Of a stretch of DNA of 64,000 nt, positions 34,175 to 47,230 are shown in pieces. The position numbers were made by a program, and so were the translations under genes. Source of the DNA: Eledone cirrhosa (Eukaryota). Position 1 is the stretch's first letter, and every line of letters starts with the position of its first letter. The stretch is taken from contig OZ024741.1 of assembly GCA_964016885.1 (NCBI GenBank), positions 148,180,001 through 148,244,000 of the forward strand, read 5' to 3'. The notes under the pieces were generated by a model. It was given only the letters and a program-made list of their open reading frames with translations, ran no database searches and was not told where the DNA came from.

Positions 34175-34600
34175 TGCTGGTGTCATAATAAAATGAACCC
34201 AGTACACTTTGAAACGTGTTAGTGTTGGTACCCCAATAAAATGTAGTCAGTTCACTTGGTAAAGTGGTAGGTAGTGCTAGTGTCATGATACAATGCACCC
34301 AATATACACTGTAAAGTGGCAGTGCTGATACCAGGATAAAATTCACCTAGTACATTCTATAAAGTGGTAGTGCTAGTGCCATGATAAAATGCACTCAGTA
34401 CACACTGTAAAGTGGTAGTGTTGGGGCCATGATTAAATGCACTCAGTAACATTCTGTAATGTGATTGGTATTAGGAAAGGTATCCCGTCATAGTAACCAT
34501 GATAAATATGAAATGTATGAACAAGATGTGGTCTCTGACTGTGACAACCTGTCCACCTCATACCAAAATGGAACGTGGCTGTAAAATGATGATGACAATG
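34175..34600 (+). repeat. RTE/SINE tail with expanded ~47-bp internal tandem repeat
   Basis: Repeated GTG(C/T)CATGATAAAATGCAC(C/T)CAGTACACACTGTAAAGTGG units followed by TTAGGAAAGGTATCC and a (GAT)-like end. Confidence 0.65.
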
Positions 34601-34789
34601 ATGACACAAAGTCAGAAATATTGAAAGAAGGATATAGTCAATTAACTGCACTACTTGTCTGGTACTTCATTTTATCGTCCACAGAAAGATGACAGCCAAA
34701 GTCAGCCTTAAAAGAGATATTTCTAAATGCTACACGGAGTCTTTATGCTGCTATCACTTCTGCCAATGTTTTACTCTCAATAATAATAA

Positions 34790-34978
34790 TTGTTTCTACA
34801 TTTGGCACAAGGCCAGCAATTACCCAGTACATTACTGGTACTTTATTTTATCGACCCCGTAAGGATGAAAGGCAAAGTTAACCTCGGCGGGATTTGAACT
34901 CAGACCATAAAGGGCCATAACTCTTTGCTGCAAAGCATGGCGTCCGACCCTCTACCGATACTGCCAATCCACCGCCAC
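34790..34978 (-). mobile_element. tRNA-derived SINE, second family
   Basis: Minus strand GGCGGTGGATTGGCAG..GAGTTCAAATCCCGCCGAGG..CCTTTCATCC..GGCCTTGTGCC, (ATT)n end. Related copies near 37880, 38160, 38580, 43880, 48506 and 51180. Confidence 0.8.
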
Positions 34979-35665
34979 TCTCAATAATAATAATAGTTTC
35001 AAATTTAGGTACAAAAACAGCAGTTTTGGGGGAAAAGGATTAGTCAATTAAAGCAACCTCAATCCTTGAGTGGTATCTGTTAGACACGCAATGACTAACA
35101 ACAGAATGTTTTAAGTCTGCGTGTCTGACATATATGTGTAGCTTGTGAATAAAAATTTCAAGGGGTTTCGTTGGCCGTGGTGTTCCCAGCCAAACATCTT
35201 TTGTAATGTATCGTCTTGTAGTAAGACGCCTTATGCCCCCCTGTCGGATAATGGACTAGACCTAGTTGTCTCCTCCTGGTTGAGAACACTATTTAAGTAA
35301 GCAGCAGTATTACTTTCCCAGACAGCCACAGGAAAGCAGACGGTATACACGCCAGAAAACAGCCTCTGTATCATGCCACAGAAAACAGCCAAGGGAACAG
35401 CAAACCCACACAATACTTTAGTAATTGTAATTCACCACAACTGACCGCGTCTATACTTGGTACATTCCATTTGTAATACAAATAAACATCACCATTATTT
35501 TACATTTGTCGAACATAACTCTCGTTGTGGTTATTTTCTTGATTACGCACACACCCACTCACTTTGTTATAATTCTCACAAACAAAATGGTAAATAGACG
35601 AGGGACCTTCCCTCACGTCTATGTCAACGAACAATCCAAATAGGATACCTCCAATTTACCACACC

Positions 35666-35714
35666 GGTGACCCCGACGTGATTTGAACACGTAGCCTTCT
35701 GATCTGGAGTCAGA
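35666..35714 (-). other. 49-nt copy of the tRNA-Trp(CCA) 3' region at the PBS
   Basis: Minus strand TCTGACTCCAGATCAGAAGGCTACGTGTTCAAATCACGTCGGGGTCACC: anticodon arm, T arm, acceptor 3' strand and CC(A). Confidence 0.88.
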
Positions 35715-35808
35715 TTATCTTGATTAGCGGACTTCCCCCTAATCTAGCAGATTCGGTCCAAGATCTAATTACAGACCCCTCCCCCCCTCTGACTTAACGT
35801 ATGAGTCT

Positions 35809-36381
35809 TTGAAAGGCGAGATTTTGAGAAGGAACTGTAAGTCGGTAGAGAGTCGTTTTCGGTCATTGATCGAGGACGAACGATTAGGTGACAGGACCCC
35901 TACCGCTTTTCTCCGGCATTTGCGGGATTTGAGCGATTCCCAAGATCAGGATAGCCCTTTCCTGAAGCAATTGTTCTTCTCTCGCCTACCTCAAGAGGTA
36001 CAGGCGATCCTAGCCCATATGCTAGAGGTAAATACCCTCGACCACATTGCTGTCTCTGCTGACAAAATTGTAGAAGTGACGAAGAGAGACACTTCGAAGC
36101 CAAAGTACGTTGCTTCTTCTTCTCTTCCTCAATCACGCTCATCAGCGAGTGATGAGAAATTAGTCATCACAATGGAAGCCATGACTTGTCAAATGGCGGA
36201 GTTGTGCCAGGAATTCAGGTCTTTTGGACGGCAGAGGAGCCGCTCACGAACTTATTCAACTCCTCGCCACCGTAGCCCTTCCAAAACACCAAAACCACCA
36301 TATTGTTATTACCATGAGAAATATGGTGACAAAGCCGCCCATTGTAGGCCTCCTTGTGCTTACGAGGGAAACGACGACTAG
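35809..36381 (+). pseudogene. Gypsy gag remnant (N-terminally deleted)
   Basis: LGDRTPTAFLRHLR, FFSRLPQEVQAIL, RSRS tract, CYYHEKYGDKAAHCRPPC. Confidence 0.85.
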
Positions 36382-37426
36382 AGTCACTAACGGTGGATAG
36401 TGCGCTCTGCGAAACCACATCCAACCGCCACTTTTCATTGAGGACCTGCTATCAGGTAGTCGGATAATGGACTAGACCTAGTTGTCTCCCCCTGGTTGAG
36501 AACACTATTTAAGTAAGCAGCAGTATTACTTTCCCAGACAGCCACAGGAAAGCAGACGGTATACACGCCAGAAAACAGCCTCTGTATCACGCCATAGAAA
36601 ACAGCCAACCCACACAATACTTTAGTAATTGTAATTCACCACAACTGACCGCGTCTATACTTGGTACATTCCATTTGTAATACAAATAAACATCACCATT
36701 ATTTTACATTTGTCGAACATAACTCTCGTTGTGGTTATTTTCTTGATTACGCACACACCCACTCACTTTGTTATAATTCTCACAAACAAAATGGTAAATA
36801 GACGAGGGACCTTCCCTCACGTCTATGTCAACGAACAATCCAAATAGGATACCTCCAATTTACCACAGTCTTATTGGCTAATCAACCAATGAGAGTAATT
36901 GTTGCTCAAAACCATCCGTCACTTTGTTTGCACATTTATTTATCGTTTCGCTTTCGAATCTTCCTCCTGTATTTCATCGTTTATCATCAAAATATTTTTC
37001 TCGTTTTGGTAAGTTATATTGTTAATTTATATATGATTTTTTAAATTTATATTAACTATTTTTTTTTCAGTTTGTTATAACATGCTTATAATATTGGTTG
37101 TATCATATTTACTTGTATATTTGTCCATATTATTGTTCATTTTATGTTAGATTATTTTATTATTATTATGTAAGATTATTTTTTTATTATTATGTTAGAC
37201 TATTTGTATGTAATATTTAATTTTTATTAATTCAACTATAACAATTATTATGTAAAATATATTTATTTAATATTGATTGTTTTTTGTAGTTGTTTATATT
37301 AAAAGTCTGAAAATATTTTTATACATCTTACAATAATATTTATAAGATCATTTATAAAATAACAATTATATAATCTAATTACATACAATGATAATTTATT
37401 ATTAGCGTTGCCTTAAAAAAATATTA

Positions 37427-37866
37427 AACTAGACCTGAAAAATCCGCAAGCTCAAAAGAGCCACAGAAGTTGAGCTTCAAAAGTGTGGGATTAGAGTTGT
37501 TGCTCAAAAATATTGTAATCATTATCTATCGTACACTCTGCGGCATCCTTTTATAAAAAAGAGACCATAACGAACTCAAGACGACACGATAATTATTTAA
37601 GTGAATTTATAATATAGAATTCGGTTTAAGTGCATTTCGTATTAACCATTACTAAACATCTAATATGAGATATTGAACATTAACTTAAATAATTATTGTG
37701 TCATCTTGAGTTCGTTATGAGTCTCTTTTTTATAAAAGGATGCCACAGAGTGTACAATAGATAATGATTACAATATTTTTGAGCAACAACTCTAGTCCCA
37801 CACTTTTGAAGGTTTATTATAACATTCTGTGGCTCTTTTGAGCTTGCGCATTTTTCAGGTCTAGTT
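37427..37866. mobile_element. Foldback MITE with ~175-bp terminal inverted repeats
   Basis: AACTAGACCTGAAAAAT...AATTATTTAAGT versus ACTTAAATAATT...ATTTTTCAGGTCTAGTT; ~80-bp spacer; no clear TSD. Confidence 0.8.
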
Positions 37867-38373
37867 ATATTTTATCAACCTAAGAAGGATAAGCAACAAA
37901 GATGACCCCAGCAAGATTTGAATTCAAAAGGTAAAGAGATGGAACAAATACTGCAAAGTATTTTGTCTGATCTAATGATTCTGCCATCACCTACATAATA
38001 ATAATGATGATATAAATGAAGAGTATATATGGAGTATGGTAGGATGATGAAGTTGCACAAGATATTGTGTTAAAATTAATTTCTTTGTATATCATATTGT
38101 AATGGATTTATTATTGTTATGCTGATGATGATACAGAAACAACAATAGTGATATAAGCTTCTAGTTTAGGTAGAAGGCCAACAATTTGGGGATGAGAGGA
38201 AAATAAATTAAATCAACCGTAGTACTTAACTAATATTTATCTTATTGACCCCAAAGGGATGAAAGGCAAAGTTGACTTCGGTGGGATTTGAACTCAGAAT
38301 GTAAAAAGCTGAAACAAATACAGCAAATCATTTTGTCCACCCTCTAACAATGCTGCCAAACCATGGTCTTTAA

Positions 38374-38572
38374 CCCTTTAGCATTTATATTATTCTATAT
38401 TTACTATTATATTTTCATGGTAACATAATTATCTCAAATAATATCAATTTTTGATATTATTTATTTTGAAAACAATACTTTAACATCAGTACAAGTGGCC
38501 AGTTACAGCCAGTTTGAACAGAAAGAGGTGACAGAATTCTGGCTGGATATGGCCGGTTTAAATACTAAAGGG
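38374..38572. mobile_element. piggyBac-type MITE, uninterrupted
   Basis: TTAA|CCCTTTAGCATTTA...TAAATACTAAAGGG|TTAA. Confidence 0.78.
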
Positions 38573-39185
38573 TTAAATTGTTTCTAACATAGGCTCAAGG
38601 CCAGAAATTTTGAAGGATGGGGAAATCGGTTAAATCAACCCCAGAACTATACTGATACTTTATTTTATCAACCCCAGAAAGATGATAGGCAAAGTTGACC
38701 TCAGTAAGATTTAAATCAGCACAAATACAGCTAAGTATTTGTCCAATGGTTTAATGAATCTGCCAATCCACTGCCTTTTAAAAATGGACAAAGACATCTG
38801 CAGGGAACCTAGCAATAATAATTACAATAATAATGATTTGGCAGTGGTGCTAGTATTACTTACTTCACATATACTTAATTTATTCATCCCAGACAAGTGA
38901 AAGATAAAGCTTTCAAATACACACACATATAGTCAAAAGAAGATAGTCATATACTCACACACACATATACAAAAATGAACAAACAGAAACACACACATTG
39001 ACATACAAGAACATGCAATTATGAATACACATGGGTACATAGACAAAAAGGCAGCCTCATAGATGTGCATATATACAGACATGCATACACATACATGAGC
39101 TCATGTACATACCATGCATAGAATAGCATCTTTTAAGTAGACAGAGTTAGGCATTTGTAAAATTGTACCTCCAAAATGAACTTAC

Positions 39186-40809
39186 CTTTAACGATGCCAT
39201 GATAAATCATTCGACAGAGCATTAATACTAATGCGTCATTAACCAGGAATAACGAACCTATATCTGTCCTCATTAAACTTCTCTCACCATTCCAGGCTGG
39301 TTCGTATATAAGGTGTTCAAAATTCCTACCAAAGTTCTCCCATATATTCTCCAAGTATGTGTTAACTAATTGAGATTTGATGGAGGAATTTGCAGTATCC
39401 CCCCAAGAAACAGTTTTACGACGTGAATCTGTTCTGGAGAGGACTGGTGTTCCTGAAAACCTGCGAGCTGTCAACCTGTTTACATTGATGTTCTTGCTGT
39501 CCTTTATCGAAGAATTGTTTGTGTTGTCAAGGCGTAAAAAATTTGTTGAATTGCAAATAACACTTAAGAATTTTTCAGCAAAATCTTGTTCTCGTCTGAC
39601 AAAGTCAGTAAGTGGAGACATCAAGACAGAAAGATCAGGAGCTTTTAAAGGATTCACATTTAATATGACAGTACTCAAACTTGCACTGCCATTACCAGTT
39701 TGAGTTTGTTGTTCGAAGGAATCAGATGATACTGAACTTAAGATATTTGCAGACAAATCATTCCAGACAAAGCCTGGAAGTGCACCTATATCTAAATTAT
39801 CAATGAATTCATCACTTTTGGTTAGAAACCGATGTGTATCAAAAGTGGCATAGCGTGATCTTTGGTTCGCGAAACAGTTCAAAATGTGATTTAAAGAAAT
39901 AGGTGATATAGTAACGAGGGAAGATAAATTATGAAATTTAGAGTTAATCATAATACTATTCCACATGGCCATTAAATTAGGGTCCTTGAATAATATACCT
40001 TCATTATCATGAAAGGCATTCAGCTTGGCACTTGTGACAATAGAATTAAAGTCTTCAAGACCACGAGCAACACTCCAAAACACTTCGTTGGAAACATGAC
40101 TCATCTGAGAGTGAGAAAATACTACAATACCAATTTCAATTAATTTGTGAATCCACCATATTGTGGCATCCTGTAGCTGAAAAAAGACTTTTTTTAACAT
40201 TTTTAACTCAGAGTATACACTACTTAGTAATGGCTGCATCCATTGTTGTGTTCGGATTCTCTGTTGAATGCTATTCCAATGGTTGCTGTGCACCCGCAAA
40301 TCTTCACATATTGAATTCAAACCACACAGTTTGCTTTCAATATCTTGTGGTAATTGGTTATTGTGCATGATATCGTACAATGTACAGTACTCTGTATAAA
40401 CCATAGATTCAAGTTCTTGTATGAAGAGTAGAGTAGATTTCACTCGATACATCCAATCATGTGTAAATTCTAGCCAAGCTCTCTTCTCCATAATCTTTTG
40501 AAGCTGAAGATAATATTTCCCCAGCCCGACACCATCACGGCAATGAGTGATGTTCAAGCCAGAATGATCAAATGACCGTTTGCAAGCATGTCTTCCTGGA
40601 CAAACTATACGAAATGCCCTTCGCAAAGCTCGAAGTGTTTCCTCTGCATCACTGACATCAAAGCGATTTTCTTCAAGAACTGCAAACGGAACTGGATCAA
40701 AACTGAGATCATGGATTGGTGGTGGTTCATCCTCATCAATACATTTCGTTTTTCCAATCCGGTGAAGTGATGGTAGCTTCCCTCTCATGCTGTGAACAGG
40801 TTCTAACAT
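39186..40809 (-). CDS. CCDC142: Host gene first coding exon (~541 codons), CCDC142-like
   Basis: Long non-TE ORF; acceptor gcttttgcag| 8 nt before the ATG at 40809; donor AAAG|gtaagt at 39185. ICEDLRVH, ISLNHILNCFANQR and YLENIW resemble recalled CCDC142 segments. Confidence 0.78.
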
Positions 40810-41949
40810 TTTACAAACTGCAAAAGCAAATATAAAGAACAGTTTAGAACCAAGTTGCAAGAAAACAAATCTTGATTCTCATATTGAGTTGACAAACAAC
40901 AAGCATTTTAAAATCATTTTCCTGGCTAAAGCAGTAGTTAATCTTGCAGGCCCTTTAACAGTTTTCATACTCGCAAAGGGGTTCTTTGTGAAACAATATT
41001 TAACAACAGGGTGCTCTTCCTGGTGCCAACCCTTTAAGTAGACATTTATGACATGCTGGAAGACAGTGTACCTACTGTAAACTGGGTATCTACAACATAA
41101 TTGTTTGAGTCAATAACTACTTAAATTTTAACACTTATAAGAGAAAACTTTGTAATGACTTTAAACTTTATCTTATCTTAGTTTAAACCTAAACATAAAC
41201 AAACTAATGAAGATTCTACCTGGTTAATTTGGTCTGCTGGGTACAGCAGTGAAATCTTCCTCAAATCACACCTATAAACTCAGCCCTCTACCACACCTCT
41301 CAAACATCACACATAACATTAAGAAGGCAAACTTTATAACATGTGGATGTGGGTTGGAAATAATTATTATTTGAAAAAAAATGTTCTTACATTAATAAAA
41401 TGAACTGCTGCTTGAAGTCTTCAATCAAAACCCACTTTGTAGTTGCAGTAACAACAGCTTCTTCCCAGTGAAACTCCTCAGTAAAATTGGTTGTTTACAC
41501 TTGCCGTTTTATTTATTGATAACCTGCAAAAGATGAGAAGACAAAGTAGGCGCTGTACCATTATTACAAGGTTGCCTACTCTATATATATACATATACAC
41601 TATATTCACCAGCAGTGCTGCTGATAATACATTCTTTACATGGTGTTTCATAACATATACATACAATAAAACCAACATTACATACCTCTATATTTTAATT
41701 AACAATATATAGTGTGTAAATACACTATACAACACTATAACTAACACTACATACATACATTCAATGTAAGGGACATGACAAGCTGTATAGTGGACATTAT
41801 ATACATTTATACTTTATTTATGTAGCTAACCTTACATAAATCCTCATCATATCCACAAGTCATCACCGTACATCCCATCCTTCACCTACCTCCACCCACA
41901 AGTTATCACTGTACATCCCATCCTTCACCTACCTTATACATATTCTTTC

Positions 41950-42810
41950 TTGAGACATTCTAATCACATGCCCATAGTATCGAAACTGTGATCTCTCAAT
42001 TCAGAGAAGTAGCAGCGCTACCTAGAGAAACTCTCTGATCTCATAGCTACACACTCTATCGAGTAACATTATTCCAAAGACTCTTCAGAGGAACCCTATT
42101 TCAGCCGCTTGTGTCGCAATCTTTTTCTTTTAGTCATTACCCAAGATTCATGACCATAAGTAAGGGTTGGCATAAATACAAAATTGAAGATAACAAGTTT
42201 GGCTTTTACACCTACCTCCCTTCTTCAGATGACTGAACGCTGAAGTCTGCACATTACTGCACCAGCAATTATGGCACTTAATTTAGCCTCCTGTCTTTCA
42301 TTACCCATAAAAACAGCCCCAAGATACTTCCACTTGCTTGTAGAGTCACAGTTCAGGTTTCCTAGTGTCTTCTTGGCAGAGCTGCTCTGCTAGAAAATAT
42401 GTCATGTGCTGGATAGCAATACAGTCACCATATATGCTGATTAGTTGCAATATAAGTAGACTCCTGCCAGACGAATAAGCAACCCCAAACCAAGAGCAGT
42501 AAACTACTAAGAGAGATGAAGCAATGGGTGACACTGTTAGATTTGATGAGGCGAGTAATGGCCACCTCTAAAAAGTCTAGTCTTTGCAGGTCTGACAAAA
42601 TTACCAAAATGAAGACAACCAAAAACTGCAGTATGCAATAGAAGCAGGGTAACAAGGGAGACGTTTAGGCCTAAGGTAGAGAGACCGGTTTTAAAAATAT
42701 ATTGCAGTCCCCATCTAATGGAATGAGAACTGGTGATGAGCCAGCAACCTGTACTGGGAGGCTTGAGATGGACGCACAAAGGTTGCATATCCTGAGACCC
42801 CAAAGAGAGC
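41950..42810. mobile_element. Rearranged fragments of the RTE-like LINE family at 51.4-55.5 kb
   Basis: 41950-42340 (minus) matches the 54970-55340 RT C-terminus; 42600-42810 (plus) matches the 51470-51730 5' UTR. Confidence 0.6.
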
Positions 42811-43879
42811 ATATCTTAAGAATTTCTTATAAGCTCTGAGAGTGTACATTTAAAAGCAGGGGTGCAGTGCCATCCTGTGCCCTCCTTGGCGATGGGCCTA
42901 CTATCAACTCACCCATCTAGACACAGACACTATCTCTTTCACATGCATGTGTGTAAGCTGAAAGCACAAGTGATTCATAACATATCATGTTCTCTTAAAA
43001 AATCATTCAGTCAAGGTTAGGATTGTCAGCACTGATGAAAATAGGTATAATAGCTTCACTAGCCCTTAAGCAATGTAGCGAAGGTATGTGCCACCAGAGA
43101 GTCTCACAGCAGATCGTATTCAGTCAAGAAACAATCATACCAAGTTGCTTAGAATGATAAGTAGTGCTAGAGATATGTATACTGCCTCGCTTGCTTACTC
43201 CCATAACACAAAGCAATCCTGATGCCATGGTTTCTTAAGCTGAAACGGTGTCATTCACAAGTTAGTCCACTCTAAAAGTCATCAATGACGGTGATATACC
43301 GACATATAAGAAACTTAAATTCTATTGGCTGGTATGTATTCGAATTTTTGTTTATTGAGTGATACTTCTTCCTTCGTTATGGATCAGATACATTCAGATA
43401 ATGATGGAAATGGGCATTTGACACTAGGTATATGCTAAGGTTGGGAACGTGGGGATAGATGCTATATGCCCCTTCTCCTCACCATTGCCATCATTGGATA
43501 CAAGTGACAGGACAATGGAATAAACTTGTGAATTTCTGAAACAACTTTTGATTTACAATAGAGATCCCCTTGCGTATGAACCGGTGTCATTGAAGCATCA
43601 TAAAGAGAGTCACCACAACCGCCACTCCACCAACAGACGGTGAAAACAGATCATGTCAACAATAGTGATAGATATATGACAAGGGGCGGATAAAGTCTGC
43701 ATGAAAGAAATTTCATCGAGATCCTTGCGTAGTATTAATGATAGCAAAGGCAGACAATAAAATCCATTTGAGACCCTTTAAATATCTGGCTTCTGTACAA
43801 AGAGAAAAAGGGACTTGTCTGTATATGTGGTTAAGAAGCCTGGAAGAACTGAAATCATTGGGTACACACGTGAAAAGGG

Positions 43880-44170
43880 GGTAATAATTGTTTCTACTAT
43901 TGGCACAAGGCCAAAAATTACCCAATACATTACTGGTACTTTAATTTATCGACTACGTAAGGATTAAAGGCAAAGTTAACCTATGGGGGTAATAATTGTT
44001 TCTACTTTAGGCACAAGGCCAGCAATTACCAGTGCATTACTGGTACTTTATTTTATCGACCCCCGTAAGGATGAAAGGCAAAGTCAACCTCGGCGGGATT
44101 TGAACTCAGATGGTAAAGGGACGTAACTATGCTGGAAAGCATGGCGTCCGACCCTCTACCGATACTGCCA
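43880..44170 (-). mobile_element. SINE (second family) with tandemly duplicated 3' half
   Basis: GGGGGTAATAATTGTTTCTAC..GGCAAAGT occurs twice (~43876 and ~43985). Confidence 0.75.
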
Positions 44171-45341
44171 ATAATAATGAGACTAATAAAGATATGAAGG
44201 GATAAAAATATACGGGGACGTCAAAATGAATGCGGATAGTTTAGCCGTCAGAAGGAATGGAATTTGAAGTCAAAATAACAAGGGTTCCGTTAACATATGG
44301 CAGATGATGGTTTACAATAAATATGATACATGGACCAATGTTCCAGTATATGTGTACACATATAAATGCATACACAGACAGACAAAAATAACTATATATA
44401 TATATATATTACACACACACTTTCGCAAAATACGCTGTTCCTCATTTCATTGACAAAGGTAGTTTTGGAAGATGCCGACTGTTCCATTGACTTAACATGG
44501 CAGGTAACGCGTGGATGTCACATTCTTTCACCTGGTTGACTGTCTCTTATCTCTAACATATTGCTACCAGTTTGGTGTTGCATCTTATATTCAATAGATA
44601 GGTAGCAGCAGACTTACTCAAGTGAAACAGCCGCCAACCTTGGCTGATAGCAGATACCTATGTAGCTGTATGAGAGCGTGGTGTACGTGTGTCTGTGTAT
44701 GTATGTATATATATATATATATATAAACACACACATTGAAGTACTTACATATACATATGTATAATCACACACCCATCATAAAACTGTAAATAGTAGTACA
44801 TCAATGTATTATACCATAGCGATAGTCCACGATGCTGTCTGATCAGCTTCGGCGAAGATAAAAATAAAGAAAAGGCTATCTGTTGAATTGCTGATTATGA
44901 ATTAGCAATGCGCTTACTGGCAAATGACGTACATAGCGGCAAGCAACACCACGATTACAAGTAAGGATAGGCTTTTCTTGCTAAACAATCGCCAATATTG
45001 CCAGCGTAGCGATGAAAAACCAGTTGCTAATTCTATGTATGGAACGATAAAAGCAGGTAAGATAGAGAAACAAGTCTCGTCAATTATTTCCATTTCAGAG
45101 AAAATATTATCTCAAAAGTAAATAAATATTAAATTTAAAAAAGAAGAAAAAAATAACACTTGAAGATAGATATTCCATCACCTTTTGTTTATATCATCAT
45201 CTTTCTTTTTCCTCCTCCTCCTCCTCCTCCTCTTTCTTCTCTAAGGTGAGACAAGATTTGTTCCGAAAACTCTTCCGGCACCTCAAGACATCAATCGATA
45301 GAATTTCGGTAACCGTTTCGACCTCGAAAGAGAAAAATTTA

Positions 45342-45384
<43 letters not shown>

Positions 45385-46581
45385 CAAAAGCTGTAGATTG
45401 TTTAGATTAACGAAATATCTTTGGGGGAAATCTGTAATATTTATAATAATAATAATGGTATTTCTACAGAGTGGAAAATTCCAAACAAAAGATTAAATGG
45501 TTGTAAGGCGATAGATTGGTGTCACTAGACAGACAGAATTATAATTATAGATAATAAGAGATAAAAGCTCAAATAATATCAGGGAGTATTATAAATGAAA
45601 CAATAAGCCTAAAAATCGACTGTTGGGTTGAATTTGGATAGAAAATGTAGAAGATTATGCAAAACATTTAGTACTTTCTGAATAGAATAATAAGATGTTG
45701 ATAAAAATATAAAATATTTGTCACAAACCATATCTGTAGACTGCAGGAATCCATCAAATCGCAGCTGAAATGCAAAAGTCGTAAAATCTCTCGATCATAA
45801 CAGTTCCATAAAAAGGGGAGATAACTACGACGAATCATGGAAGCCTTAATAAGTTACCTATTAGAGTTCTCTCTTTGATTTTCTAAATGAGATTCAGCTA
45901 ATCGAATGGGTGGATATTTTGTGTAAGTTATGAAGAGGACTCATATATTCCAGCGTGCCAGTAATGAGAGTTTGGGGAGATTAAACTTCAGTTTGCGCTG
46001 TTTAAGCGGATAGCTGGTTGGGGAGAAATGTACGATTTGAAGAAATATTATCCAGAATAAAGACAGAACCGGATAAACCTTGTAGCAAGAGTAGCGTATA
46101 CTACGCGCTTGCACTTTTCAAAGACTCCACGCTAATTTTTTGCAAACCACCAATTCCGATTCAATGATTCTGTACTTGTTATATCAATGTAGTTAGTATT
46201 CTGCCTCGCCCAACCTTTATAAATGACTATATATTTAGGATTAATCTGTAACGAAGGAAATGTTTCCGCGGTTCTTCTCACTGACATGGCCAATAAAAAT
46301 TGACCTTCGACCCCACTGAGAAGAAAACATAAATTCTCAGGATGCTAGGCTTATCGGCACCAATGAAGATAGCGAGAGGCCATAGGTCAATATAAATAGG
46401 CTGTCCTGAAATCCTGAGACAGCTTATTTTCGATCACTAAAATAAAACGACACCTTCCCTTGTCACTAGACTTTTGATTATTACCTTATTGATACTATTA
46501 ACGAACGATAGCTTGCCACTCTCTATTTCAGTATAACGAAAAAAGAACAAAAACATCTTCAACCTTTATGATTTGTAGTAA

Positions 46582-47230
46582 TCTATATATTAATTTCAAC
46601 AATGTCAGTATTCCGTGTGTCATAATTCTCGATTAACATTGGTTCATAGGTTTCAAACGACTCCGCCCACCTCAACGACGCCAAACTTAAATTAATATGC
46701 ATAATGCCAATGAGGGAGTGAGAAGGGAGAGTAAGAAACAGAGAGGCAAAGTGAACGCTGTCTTGGATACACTATGTATATGTGTCAGTGTAGAGACGTG
46801 TGTGATGTGTGTGGAAATAAGAGGGGAAGGAAAGCATTAACATGTGTGCGTGTGTATGTACATGCGCGAATGTTTATGTGTGTGTGCGTGTGTGCAGCGT
46901 TCCACAGACAGTAAAAACTATCAACATGTGTGAGTGTGTGTCAGTGCACGGGTGTGTGTGTAAGTTTGCATGCGTGTGCGCGTTTCCATGCGTGTATGTG
47001 TGTGTACGCGGCGTTCCACAATCGCCACGCAGTTTATCGGTCTGTGTGCCTGTCTGTCAGTCTAACATACACAGAGTTGTGGAGGGAGTAAATAGGGACC
47101 TTTTTTTTTACATTGACGGACATCTTTTATATTTATTATTGCGTCATTTTTTTGACAATTTCTCGAAATGAATACTGATAATAAAAGCAATTCATCTGTT
47201 TATCCGGGCGAAGCTGGGTACATCAGCTAG
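46582..47230 (+). mobile_element. Non-autonomous Helitron, copy 1 (internally deleted)
   Basis: 5' TCTATATATT; 3' CCGGGCGAAGCTGGG hairpin and CTAG. Confidence 0.85.

Larger units (their letters stand above)
35217..36867 (+). mobile_element. Internally deleted Gypsy-type LTR retrotransposon
   Basis: 5' LTR 35217-35663 (TGTAGTAA..TTACCACA); 3' LTR ~36459-36867 lacking its first ~26 bp; GTCT target duplication; tRNA-Trp PBS. Confidence 0.92.

Noticed and set aside
35666-35714. Functional tRNA-Trp gene
   Set aside because: The 5' acceptor strand and D arm (A box) are missing, and it sits at an LTR primer-binding site.
40810-40860. N-terminal 17 aa of the 575-aa ORF, and its last ~17 codons at 39133-39185
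   Set aside because: The TTG start lies across a splice acceptor and the tail lies past a GTAAGT donor, so these are intronic or UTR sequence.
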